Positions 51,191 through 61,700 of a stretch of DNA of 64,000 nucleotides are shown piece by piece; the first letter of the stretch is position 1; each line of letters opens with the position of its first letter. The notes below the pieces were generated by a model. That model saw only the letters and a list, made by a program, of their open reading frames with translations. It was not told where the DNA came from and made no database searches. The stretch spans positions 248,001-312,000 of the forward strand of contig NW_027361991.1 of assembly GCF_039654945.1 (NCBI RefSeq). Reading direction: 5' to 3'. Position numbers and translations under genes: made by a program. The DNA comes from Dendrobates tinctorius (lineage: Eukaryota).

Positions 51191-52172
51191 TAGGGTGACC
51201 GGATCTCATATGGGGGGTAAAAAATGTCAGAATCTTGTTCGTCTGGACCCCACAGAACGATTCCCCTTTCCAGATATTGAGAGAGCCAACATTTGAGCTC
51301 GATCAAACGACGTTAACCCGTGCCGCTCGTCGCTCAAAGTGTGAAAAAATCCAAATTGAGGTATTTTAAGATTTAGGTATTTTGCATAGTCTGTTAGACT
51401 ATAAAGAATGTGACAACAACATTGCAGAAATAGCCCTGACCAAATTTTCGAACCATTTGAGGTATTTGAATGCAGAGTTGGTGGGATTATCGTTTTTTGA
51501 TCCCACCATTACAGACAATGAAAAGTTGTTAATGGCTAATAAATTGCTCAGTAGCACAGATGAACCATCAGAGCACGCTAACCTACATGAGTTGATAATT
51601 TTACATAGTTATCTAATCTATTCTAGAGCTTTTGTTAAAGTAGTTTTTGAAACGTCAGAATATAATGCTCGGCATTTGCTTACAACTTGCAGGACATATT
51701 GCTTTTGTTCTTCATCTTTTGTCAGAAGGTCGTTAAAGTCGGTTACTTCCTACCTCTTTTAATTTTTCTTTCCTAACTTTTGGATTTACAACCCTAGCGT
51801 GCTCTGATGGTTCATCTGTGCTACTGAGCAATTTATTAGCCATTAACAACTTTTCATTGTCTGTAATGGTGGGATCAAAAAACGATAATCCCACCAACTC
51901 TGCATTCAAATACCTCAAATGGTTCGAAAATTTGGTCAGGGCTATTTCTGCAATGTTGTTGTCACATTCTTTATAGTCTAACAGACTATGCAAAATACCT
52001 AAATCTTAAAATACCTCAATTCGGATTTTTTCAAACTTTGAGCGACGAGCGGCACGGGTTAACGTCGTTTGATCGAGCTCAAATGTTGGCTCTCTCAATA
52101 TCTGGAAAGGGGAATCGTTTTGTGGGGTCCAGACGGACAAAATTCCAACATCGATTTTTTGCGGTCACCCTA
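51191..52172. mobile_element. hAT (hATm-like) foldback non-autonomous element with transposase C-terminal relic
   Basis: TIR TAGGGTGACCG/CGGTCACCCTA with perfect 8-bp TSD TTGGCCAT. Inverted arms of ~390 bp encode KFSNHLRYLNAELVGLSFFD, and the spacer (minus strand) encodes DFNDLLTKDEEQKQYVLQVVSKCR. Confidence 0.85.
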
Positions 52173-52669
52173 TTGGCCATTCATCAGCTGAAACCGGAAC
52201 ATGGTAAGAAAAAAAGTCACGTGACTGCCAGGAATAGTGGTGCCAATATTATACGCTTTTTTACTTTAATTGGGGTCCTGAATCAATTAAGCAAGGGTTT
52301 TCCCATAGTGGACAGCTCCTGTAAAATTAATTTAATTTTTTTTTTAAATAAATATTTCTTTCTGCTTATAACCACCACTAGAGGGAGCTTGGGTGTTTAC
52401 TGCATGCAGATTTATAAGTTAGGTAAATGGAAACTATGTAACTCCATCTACAGTAAACTCCCCCTAGTGGTGAATGTAGACTGCAGGCCAGGTGCCAGTA
52501 CACTGGGCCAATTGAGCTGTTCATGTATAGACTGGGTACAGTCCCGCATGTGACTCGTGAGGGGAATGCTGTGGCCCGCGGAGCTGTCAAAAAGATGCTG
52601 GCTTCCTATACACTGTGGCGCTGGTATAAGAGCAGCAAAGCGCTTGTCAGCCTCAGCTCCCATGTGCAG

Positions 52670-52945
52670 CATGTACTGACAATGATTTTAGAGATGCATT
52701 CATGTATTTACGGTGGTTCTGGCACTGCATTCATGTGCTGATGATGGTTCTGGCACTGCATCTATGTGCTGTCAGTGAGTCTGTCGCTGCATTCATGGAC
52801 TGAAGGTGGGTCTGGTGCTACATTTATGCACTGAGAGTGGTTCTGGCACTTCATTGATGTACTGACTTTGGGTATGTCTCTGCATTCATGTACTGAAGCT
52901 GAGTCTGGCACTGCCCTCAAGTAATGATGGTGGTTCTAAAATTGT
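52670..52945. repeat. Degenerate 31-bp minisatellite
   Basis: About 8 copies of a GGTTCTGGCACTGCATTCATGTGCTGATGAT-like unit. Confidence 0.7.
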
Positions 52946-53259
52946 ACACATGTAGCAACCCAAAATGTGCTTCATGGCTATGTTAAAACTTAAAAATCCT
53001 CATAATTTAGAGTTTTCACATTATGGCATTTGATTTTGCTACAATAGTGGCAACACTGCACAGTCTTGCTACAATTTTCAAAAATTCCAGCAAAAAATAC
53101 TGCAATGCGAGAACGCAACCTATAAAGGTTTCTCACTTATGCATCAAGAGGTGAGTGGTGCTGGTGATGTTATGTTTGTGCACATATCTACAAGGAAACA
53201 TGAACAATAGGCTTTTCCTATTCTGAGGAAAAGAACAGGTAAATAATACCTGCTTAATG

Positions 53260-53562
53260 TTATTATTAGTATTTATTTATATAGCGCCATTAATTCCATG
53301 GTGCTGTACATGAGAAGAGGGGCTACATACAAAGTTATAGATATCGTTAACAGTAAACAAATTTACAATGACGGACTGGTACAGAGGGGAGAGGACCCTG
53401 TCCTTGCAGACTTACATTCTACGGGCTAATGGGGAAGAGACAGAAGGTCGGGGGTGCAGCAGCTCAGGCGGTGGTGAGGCGGCAGAATGGTCATTGCAGG
53501 CTGTAAGCTTTCCTGAAGAGATGGGTTTTCAGGTTCTGTTTGAAGGATCCGACGGTGGTGGA
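53260..53562 (-). mobile_element. L2/CR1-clade LINE 3' end, interrupted by hAT copy B
   Basis: (TTA)n-TATTTATTTATATAGCGCCATTAATTCCATGGTGCTGTACA, resembling a reversed L2-type tail. Confidence 0.6.
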
Positions 53563-54714
53563 TAGAGTTGAGGGAAAAGTCGGGGTCGTCCCGAAACACG
53601 AAACCCAATGTAAGTCAATGGGGAATAAAAGTCGGCAGTGAGAGGAGGACAGGAAACACACCTACAGTGCTCATTTGAATGCCAAAAGCATCAATTCTTC
53701 TTACTTAAGCTTGTCAACCTTAATTAACTTCATAATACAAGTTACGCACTGAAAAATGGGGGTTATTTGGCTAAAGTTGTGGGGGGGTAGGGCTGGCTCC
53801 AGGTTTTCATGTGCCCTGGGCGAAAGAGCGCCCCTTTAACACATACCACAACTCATCATGCTCCGATACGGCAGAGAATTAGCGGTATAGTACAATGAAA
53901 AATACTTCACTTTTTACATCTCATGACGAGGCCCATCTATTTCTCCATACAGAATCATTGGTCCCATATAATGTTTGAAACAGTATATGATGAGCTCCAC
54001 ATAATGCTACAGTATATGTTGGTCCCCATGGATGAAGCTCCACTGTCTTATGGGCCCAAATAATGCTCCAAACATAATGGGCCCCATTTCTAATGCTCTG
54101 GTGTATAATGGGCCCTGTAAATGCTGCTCCAGTGCCTGATGTCCACCTTTGGAATGTTCCAGTGTATGGTGGGCCCCATCTATCATTCTCCAGAGTATAG
54201 TGCTCCCCAAAAATTGCTGTCCCAACATTGAAAACAATGAAATAAGTCTCCTCGCTAGGGAATCCCTGTACTAGTCTGGACTCCTCGTCGTCCCCATCTT
54301 CCATCTCACTGCACAGTATTTCAACCTTGCAAGTGCTGTGATCCTGAGCAAGCAGGGGGGGCCCACTCGTTGGCGACGGCACTGGCACAGGGCCCCTGAT
54401 AGTACGGTGGTGTGTCTGATGGCGGGTGGGCCGAACCTGCACTTTCATCTGCAGCTTCCTCTTTGTCACCGTGTAAGATGGAACTGTATATGGGAAGGGT
54501 AACCTGAGTTTCATCAGGGTCAGATTCAGGCCGTGTAGCGTGCGAGGGGAATGTAGTGGTCTGGGTCAATGTACCAGCAGATTCATCGAGCAGTGGCTGG
54601 GCATCAGTGCACTTGTGTTGCCCCCAGGAGTACGGTCGCCACAGTGGCATTACCTTCCTCCTAGGGAGTGTGATGTCATGCTTGGGAGCAACGAAGGATC
54701 TCTCTAGCAGGTTA

Positions 54715-55194
54715 ACTGATTGGACGGCGTTATTCCCACGAGTCATGACCCTCCAAACAGCGTTCATGAAGGCAAAGTGTTTGTTTTACGTGTGCAGTAT
54801 GGTTGCAAAGCTGAACCTTAAAGGAATGTCCAGAAGGGCACCACCAGGAGTGGAGCCTACGGTGTAATTTGACTCAACACGGGCAACCTCAACCATGCCA
54901 GCTACAGAACAGATGCACACATTGCATGCTTAATTCCGTTAACGAACGAGACTCCGTCATGCCCCGCGGTCCGAGTCCGGCTTACTAGAGGGACACGTGA
55001 GGCTCTGGCACATGAGATTGGCCAATAACTGGTGTGTCATGCCCTTACATGTCCATGACTGCATGTGCGCTACACTGAAAAGGCCAGCGTTTGTCGCTTA
55101 CAGGTGCAGATATCCCGCTGAACAACGTTAGTGATGGGGATCACTGATTACAATTATTACTCGCGAACGATGATTTCCCAGTAAGTGCAGGTCA
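54715..55194 (+). pseudogene. 18S rRNA-derived fragment, second copy
   Basis: GGCGTTATTCCCA...AGTATGGTTGCAAAGCTGAACCTTAAAGGAAT...GGGCACCACCAGGAGTGGAGCCT...AATTTGACTCAACACGGG...TAACGAACGAGACTC...GTGATGGGGATC...CCCAGTAAGTGCAGGTCA. Confidence 0.92.
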
Positions 55195-55890
55195 ACCGCA
55201 TTTCCGGAATTAGGCCTAACCGTCATTCCTGAAAAAAATGAAAAACTTACGTGTGCAAACCACAGGTGCTGTAGCTTGCTTAACAGCTCGCCAGCCGTTC
55301 TCACGCCCAGTATGGGTTACACGTGATTGCACAAAGGTGAGAAAGGGTACCGTATCCCCAGATAACATGTATGGATAGCGTACACATTCAAAAGATATGT
55401 CTATACATCAGGAGGCAGGCTCAGACGGTGTTAGGCCCAGTATGGCTTGCACGTGATTGCACAAAGGTGAGAAAGGGTACCGTATCCCCGGATAACATGT
55501 ATGGATAGCGTACACATTCAAAAGATATGTCTATACATCAGGAGGCAGGCTCAGATAGTGTCAGGCACAGTATGGATTTGACGGCCCAGACTACACAGCG
55601 GAGGAGCAGGGAGAGGTAAAGATTGCAAATGCTGGGGCCCTGCCCAAGCAAGGGGGGCCCACTTGTGGGCGTCGGTACTGGCACTGGGCCCCTCATAGTA
55701 CATTCAAAAAGAGAAAAAAAGCCAGCTCACCTGAAGGCATGTGTAGTGGATAGCCCGGACCACGTGCAGTCTTCACGCAGTAACCAAGGAAAAAGAAAAA
55801 AGGTCCAGCTTTGCAAATTCAAGTCCAATTTATTGTTAAAAACAAGTCCAAAACAGAGCAAAAAATGGTGTGTTCACATGAGTAACAAGT

Positions 55891-55938
55891 AGTAGATTAC
55901 GCGTTTCGAACAATGGCTTGTTCTTTCTCAAAACTACT
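55891..55938 (-). ncRNA. Minimal type I hammerhead ribozyme (U3-A8 core variant)
   Basis: Minus strand reads AGTAG-tt-TTGAGAA-a-GAACAA gcca TTGTTC-GAAA-CGC-GTA-at-CTACT. Confidence 0.7.
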
Positions 55939-56203
55939 TCCCTTGGGTGTTACTGCAATATATACTCTTTACACCCAGTAAATTACAAACACATGGTGTG
56001 AAGGGAGAAAAAAAAAAAAAAAAAAAGGGGAGAGGGAAACATGTCTGAGATATAAAAAATAACATTACAAAGAAAAACACATTTTTTGTGAAAAGAGGGG
56101 GGGGAGCCAAAAAAGAAAACAAAAAAGAAAAATGAAAAAAAACAAAAATTGTTTTTAAAAGTTTTTTTGTGCATATATATATATAAATGCAATTATAATA
56201 ACA

Positions 56204-57161
56204 TCAATAATGAAACATAATTTCTCTTCTGGCATTCAATGCATTTGGAAAGCATGTATTTAGATAGAAAATCCAATATGCTTCGCGTGTTAGAAGACGT
56301 TTTTTCAGATCTCCACCTCTTATATGTGGTGTTATTCTCTCAATGCCCATGACACGAAAAAATTCAGTACTTCTTTGATGTTCATTAATGAAGTGTCTGG
56401 ATGCAGATGAGATGGAGCGATTAATACTGGAAGGAGATACGATATCGGTTATATGTTCAGATATGCGAGTCTTGAGCATGCGAGATGTGCAGCCCACATA
56501 TCTCAAGTTGCATTTGGAGCAGGCAATCACATATACTACATTTTTACTATTGCAATTGATATATTGTTTTATTTTATGTTCATTACACTTAGTACCATCA
56601 AAAAAGGAATGAACATTATTAGAATGTGCACATGTTCTGCATCTGGATGTACCGCAGCGGTAAAAGCCGCAGCAGTGTAGCCATGTCCGAGATCCAGTTT
56701 TAGAGCTAAAAAAGCTAGGAGACACTATGTCTGATAAGGTGTTGGCTTTTTTAGCAACCACTCTGCAGCCATTAGATAAAATGCTAGACAAAACCTCATC
56801 TTCAAACAGAATAGGTAAATGTTTCAAGAAGAGTGCTTTAATGGTGTTAAACTGAGAACTATATTGGATAGAGCAAACCATCTTATCTGGATTTTTATCA
56901 TTATTATATACCTTTAGTAATAACAAATCATGTCTTTTTTTCTTTTGTACAATTTTCTTTGCTCTATCAAGACACCAAATAGAGTAACCCCTCTTGCTCA
57001 GCTTGTTGCAGTATGACTCAGTTTCTCCTTTCAGGGCATTGTCATCACTGCAATTTCTAGTGATTCTAGTGAGCTCCCCCACTGGTATAGATTTAATAGT
57101 GTGCCCGGGATGGCTACTAGATGCATGTAAGATGGTGTTACCAGAAAGTGGCTTGCAGAAT
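56204..57161 (-). pseudogene. 5'-truncated Penelope ORF: RT thumb, Cys linker and complete GIY-YIG endonuclease
   Basis: FCKPLSGNTILHASSSHPGHTIKSIPVGEL..., CGTSRCRTC, NCNSKNVVYVIACSKCNLRYVGCTSRMLKTRISEH...REAYWI...NALN. Confidence 0.88.
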
Positions 57162-57166
57162 GTAAT

Positions 57167-58039
57167 GAGCTCACTAGAATCACTAGAAATTGCAGTGATG
57201 ACAATGCCCTGAAAGGAGAAACTGAGTCATACTGCAACAAGCTGAGCAAGAGGGGTTACTCTAATAGGTGTCTTGATAGAGCAAAGAAAATTGTACAAAA
57301 GAAAAAAAGACATGATTTGTTATTGCCAAAGGTATATAATAATGATAAAAATCCAGATAAGATGGTTTGCTCTATCCAATATAGTTCTCAGTTTAACACC
57401 ATTAAAGCACTCTTCTTGAAACATTTACCTATTCTGTTTGAAGATGAGGTTTTGTCTAGCATTTTATCTAACGGCCACAGAGTGGTTGCTAAAAAAGCCA
57501 AAACCTTATCAGACATAGTGTCTCCTAGCTTTTTTAGCTCTAAAACTGGATCTCGGACATGGCTACACTGCTGCGGTTTTTACCGCTGCGGTACATCCAG
57601 ATGCAGAACATGTGCACATTCTAATAATGTTCATTCCTTTTTTGATGGTACTAAGTGTAATGAACATAAAATAAAACAATATATCAATTGCAATAGTAAA
57701 AATGTAGTATATGTGATTGCCTGCTCCAAATGCAACTTGAGATATGTGGGCTGCACATCTCGCATGCTCAAGACTCGCATATCTGAACATATAACTGACA
57801 TCTTATCTCCTTCCAGTATCAATCGCTCCATCTCATCTGCATCCAGACACTTCATTAATGAACATCAAAGAAGTACTGAATTTTTTCGTGTCATGGGCAT
57901 TGAGAGAATAACACCACATATAAGAGGTGGAGATCTGAAAAAACGTCTTCTAACACGCGAAGCATATTGGATTTTCTATCTAAATACATGCTTTCCAAAT
58001 GGATTGAATGCCAGAAGAGAAATTATGTTTCATTATTGA
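57167..58039 (+). pseudogene. Inverted duplicate of the truncated Penelope ORF (GIY-YIG endonuclease)
   Basis: Same protein with few substitutions. The frame is open from GAGCTC (57167) to the stop and ends NGLNARREIMFHY. Confidence 0.88.
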
Positions 58040-58302
58040 TGTTATTATAATTGCATTTATATATATATATATGCACAAAAAAACTTTTAAAAACAATTTT
58101 TGTTTTTTTCATTTTTCTTTTTTGTTTTCTTTTTTGGCTCCCCCCTCTTTTCACAAAAAATGTGTTTTTCTTTGTAATGTTATTTTTATATCTCAGACAT
58201 GTTTCCCTCTCCCCTTTTTTTTTTTTTTTTTTTCTCCCTTCACACCATGTGTTTGTAATTTACTGGGTGTAAAGAGTATATATTGCAGTAACACCCAAGG
58301 GA

Positions 58303-58350
58303 AGTAGTTTTGAGAAAGAACAAGTTATTGTTCGAAACGCGTAATCTACT
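58303..58350 (+). ncRNA. Minimal type I hammerhead ribozyme (U3-A8 core variant)
   Basis: AGTAG-tt-TTGAGAA-a-GAACAA gtta TTGTTC-GAAA-CGC-GTA-at-CTACT. Perfect 6-bp stem II, palindromic ACGCGT stem III, GUA cleavage triplet. Confidence 0.7.
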
Positions 58351-58759
58351 ACTTGTTACTCATGTGAACACACCATTTTTTGTTCTGTTTTGGACTTGTT
58401 TTTAACAATAAATTGGACTTGAATTTGCAAAGCTGGACCTTTTTTCTTTTCCCCTCATAGTACAGCGGTGTATCTGACGGCGGGTGTGCACCACCACCGT
58501 CAGAGACACTTGATTGCACTATGAGGGACCCTGTGGCAGTGCCCACGCCCAAGAGTCGGCCTACCCACCTGTCCAGGGCAACGGCACTCGCACGGTGTCG
58601 TGCGCTAGGTGATGACCCCGGCCATGGGGGGGGAGGCAGCACAGTTAGGGAGTTTTAGAAAGTGGCATATGTTGATGTTGGACATTCAGCTGATGCAAAA
58701 GGCGAAATAGGTCAAGTCCCAGGAAGAGGTGGACCAAAGCAAGCCATTTTTCTGTCACC

Positions 58760-61700
58760 CTATGTGTCATCAGGGGAAGGTGGGACAAAATCCTTGGAAA
58801 CCCATGCATGGTTCATTTTAATGAAGGTTAGATCATCCACATTTTGGGTTGACAGACGGGTCCTTTTTTCTGTCTGGATTGATCCAGCTGCACTGAAGAC
58901 TCTTTCCGATAGCACACTTGCAGCTGGGCAAGCGAGCTCCTGTAAGGCATATTGTGCCAATTCAGGCCAGGTGTCCAGTTTAGCGGCCCAATAGTCAAAG
59001 GGGAATGACCTGTGTGGGAGAACATCGATATGGGAGGAAAAGTAGTTTGTAACCATAGTTGACAACTGCTGTCTCCTGTCACTTTCCATCGATGCAGTAT
59101 TACCAGTTGTGTGAGCGGTACTTGAAAAATCAGTCCACAACATTGTCATGAAACCCCTGTCTCCAACGCCACTTCTGCTGTGTGCACCATGAACACCTCT
59201 GCCAAGCTGCCCCCGGCCCGTACGGCTTGTGTGAGAACCATCACCGCTGCTGTGTGCTGGGAATGCCTCAAGCAACCGATTTACCAGAGTTGCTTGTTTA
59301 TTAGCCAATATTAGGTCAAGGTTCTCCTGTGGCATGATGTTTTGTAATTTGCCTTTATAGCGTGGATCCAGGATGCTGGCCAACCAGTAGTCGTCATCGT
59401 TCATCATTTTGGCAATGCGGGGGTCCCTTTTTAGGATCCGCAAGGCATAATTTGACATGTGGGCCAATGTTCCCGGTGTCAATGATGCACTGCGAGTGCT
59501 GGTTGGAGGAGCACTTTCTGGCAAATCCACATCCCTCCAGTCACGCACAAACCCTGTACCAGACCTTGCCACGACAACATTTTCACTTGCCCCACGAGAT
59601 GCATCCTCCTCCCCTAAGTAATCATCCCCATCATCATCATCCTCCTCCTCTTCTTCCTCCAACTCGTCCAGGAGAGGTCCCTGAGCAGACAATGGCTGAA
59701 TGTCATCAAGGATTCCCTCCACCTCTTCCTCCTCGTCAACATTGGCTGCAGACGCCTGCTCCTTAAGGTGCGTCAAAGTTTGCATGAGCAGACGCATAAG
59801 TGGGATGCTCATGCTTAGGATGGCGTCGTCTGCGCTTACCAGCCGTGTGCATTCCTCAAAACACTGAAGGACTTTACAGAGGTCTTTCAGCTTCGACCAC
59901 TGCACACCTGTCAACTCCATGTCTGCTCTCAAACTGCCTGGCCGTGTATCCTCCCACAAATGCATTATGGCCTGCCTCTGCTCGCACAGCCGCTCCACCA
60001 TGTGCAGGGTGGAGTTCCACCTTGTTGCAATGTCGATAATGAGGCGGTGGTTAGGAAGGTGGAGCAATCGCTGCAGCTTCTGCATACGAACGGAGTGTAC
60101 AGGCGACCGGCGGATGTGCGCGCACAGTCTTCGCACCTTCTGGAGCAGGGCTGTTAACTCCGGATAATATTTGAGGAAGCACTGCACCACCAGTTTCAAG
60201 GTGTGAGCCAAGCAAGGTATGTGGCTGAGTTTTGAAAGGGCTATGGCTGCCACAAAATTACGGCCGTTATCACTAACTACCTTGCCTGCCTCAAGATGTA
60301 CACTGCCCAGCCATGACTCAGTTTGTCGCTTCAAGTACTTGGCCAGCACCTCGGCGGTGTGTCTGTCGCCCAAACACATCATCTGTAACACAGCCTGCTG
60401 ACGCTTTCCACTAGCTGCTCGATAGGGGGACAACTCGTGTGCAACAGTGGCAGCTGCAGATGGAGTGCTCGTACGACTGCGCTCTGTGGACGAGCTTTCG
60501 CTTCTGGAGGAGGAGGAGGGTGGAACGCCTACAGCCAACTGTTTCCTATACCGTGGGCTAGGCAGCACTGTCCCACCACCGCTGTCCCCTGTGGACCCTG
60601 CATCCACCACATTAACCCAGTGCGCAGTGATGGACACGTAACGGCCCTGGCCATGCCGACTGGACCATGCATCAGTTGTGAGGTGCACCTTTCCACTCAC
60701 TGACTGCTTGAGTGCATGGACAATGCGGTCTTTCACATGATGGTGGAGGGCTGGGATGGCTTTGCGAGAGAAGAAGTGGCGACTGGGTAGGTCATAGCGT
60801 GGTACTGCATAGGCCATGAGTTCGCGGAAAGCTGCGCTTTCCACCAACCGATAGGGCATCATCTCAAACGAGATTAGTTTGGCAATGTGGGCGTTCAAAC
60901 CCAGTGTACGCGGATGAGAGACTGAGTACTTTCTTGACCTACTCATAGTGTCTGGGAGGGTGAGCTGGATTTGAGAGCTGCATATGGTGGAAGTAGCGGT
61001 GGACAGGGCGGACTGAGAGAGGGTTGATGATGGTGATGGAGTTGGTGTTCTTTCTGATGGCCTAGATTCAGTATTTCGTTGATATAACAGTGGGATTCCC
61101 TGACTGCTGTGGCCTTGCAACGACACCTCAACATTTGCTGCTGTGCTAACCGGTGGGCTTACAGTGGGGGAAACAATGTAGCATTGCTGACTACCTTCTT
61201 TGTGATCAGTTGCACATGTGGCACTTGAGGTTTGGTGTTGTGTCCACGCTTGCAAGTGAATGCTGGTTAAATGTCTAAGCATGCAACTGGTATTCAAATT
61301 TTTCAGATTTTTCCCTCGGCTAAAGGTCTTTGCGCACTTCTTACAGATAACCTTGGCCTGATCATGAGGATTTTGTTCAAAAAAGTGCCACAGTGCACTC
61401 TTCCTACTTTGGCAGACATTTTGCGGCCTAGCACGCTGTGATGTTTTGACCCTCTGGACAAGCTGTCCAGCAACTCTTTTGATTTTTGGAACATGTCTTT
61501 GGAGTGCTCCGGGCCTGCCAGATAACAGCTGTTGCGATGTCGATGTCTGCTGTGGATGCTCCTCATCTGAGCTATTGGAAGCAGCACCCTCTTCCCCCAA
61601 TGGATGCCAATCTGGGTCAACAACTGGGTCATCCATCACCTCCTCTTCAATGTCATGTGCACCTTCCTCTGTGTCACCGTGTATGGTGGTATAGTGTGCG

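Larger units (their letters stand above)
55703..58450. mobile_element. Penelope-like element inserted as a head-to-head inverted duplication (foldback)
   Basis: Arms 55788-57076 and 57167-58452 are near-identical reverse complements around a 90-bp spacer. 14-bp TSD CCCCTCATAGTACA at 55689-55702 and 58451-58464. Confidence 0.92.

Noticed and set aside
53048-53150. Possible next mucin exon (AG...GAG|GTGAGT)
   Set aside because: Weak acceptor. The phase-1 translation has no resemblance to post-SEA/EGF2 sequence and the region looks like MITE debris.
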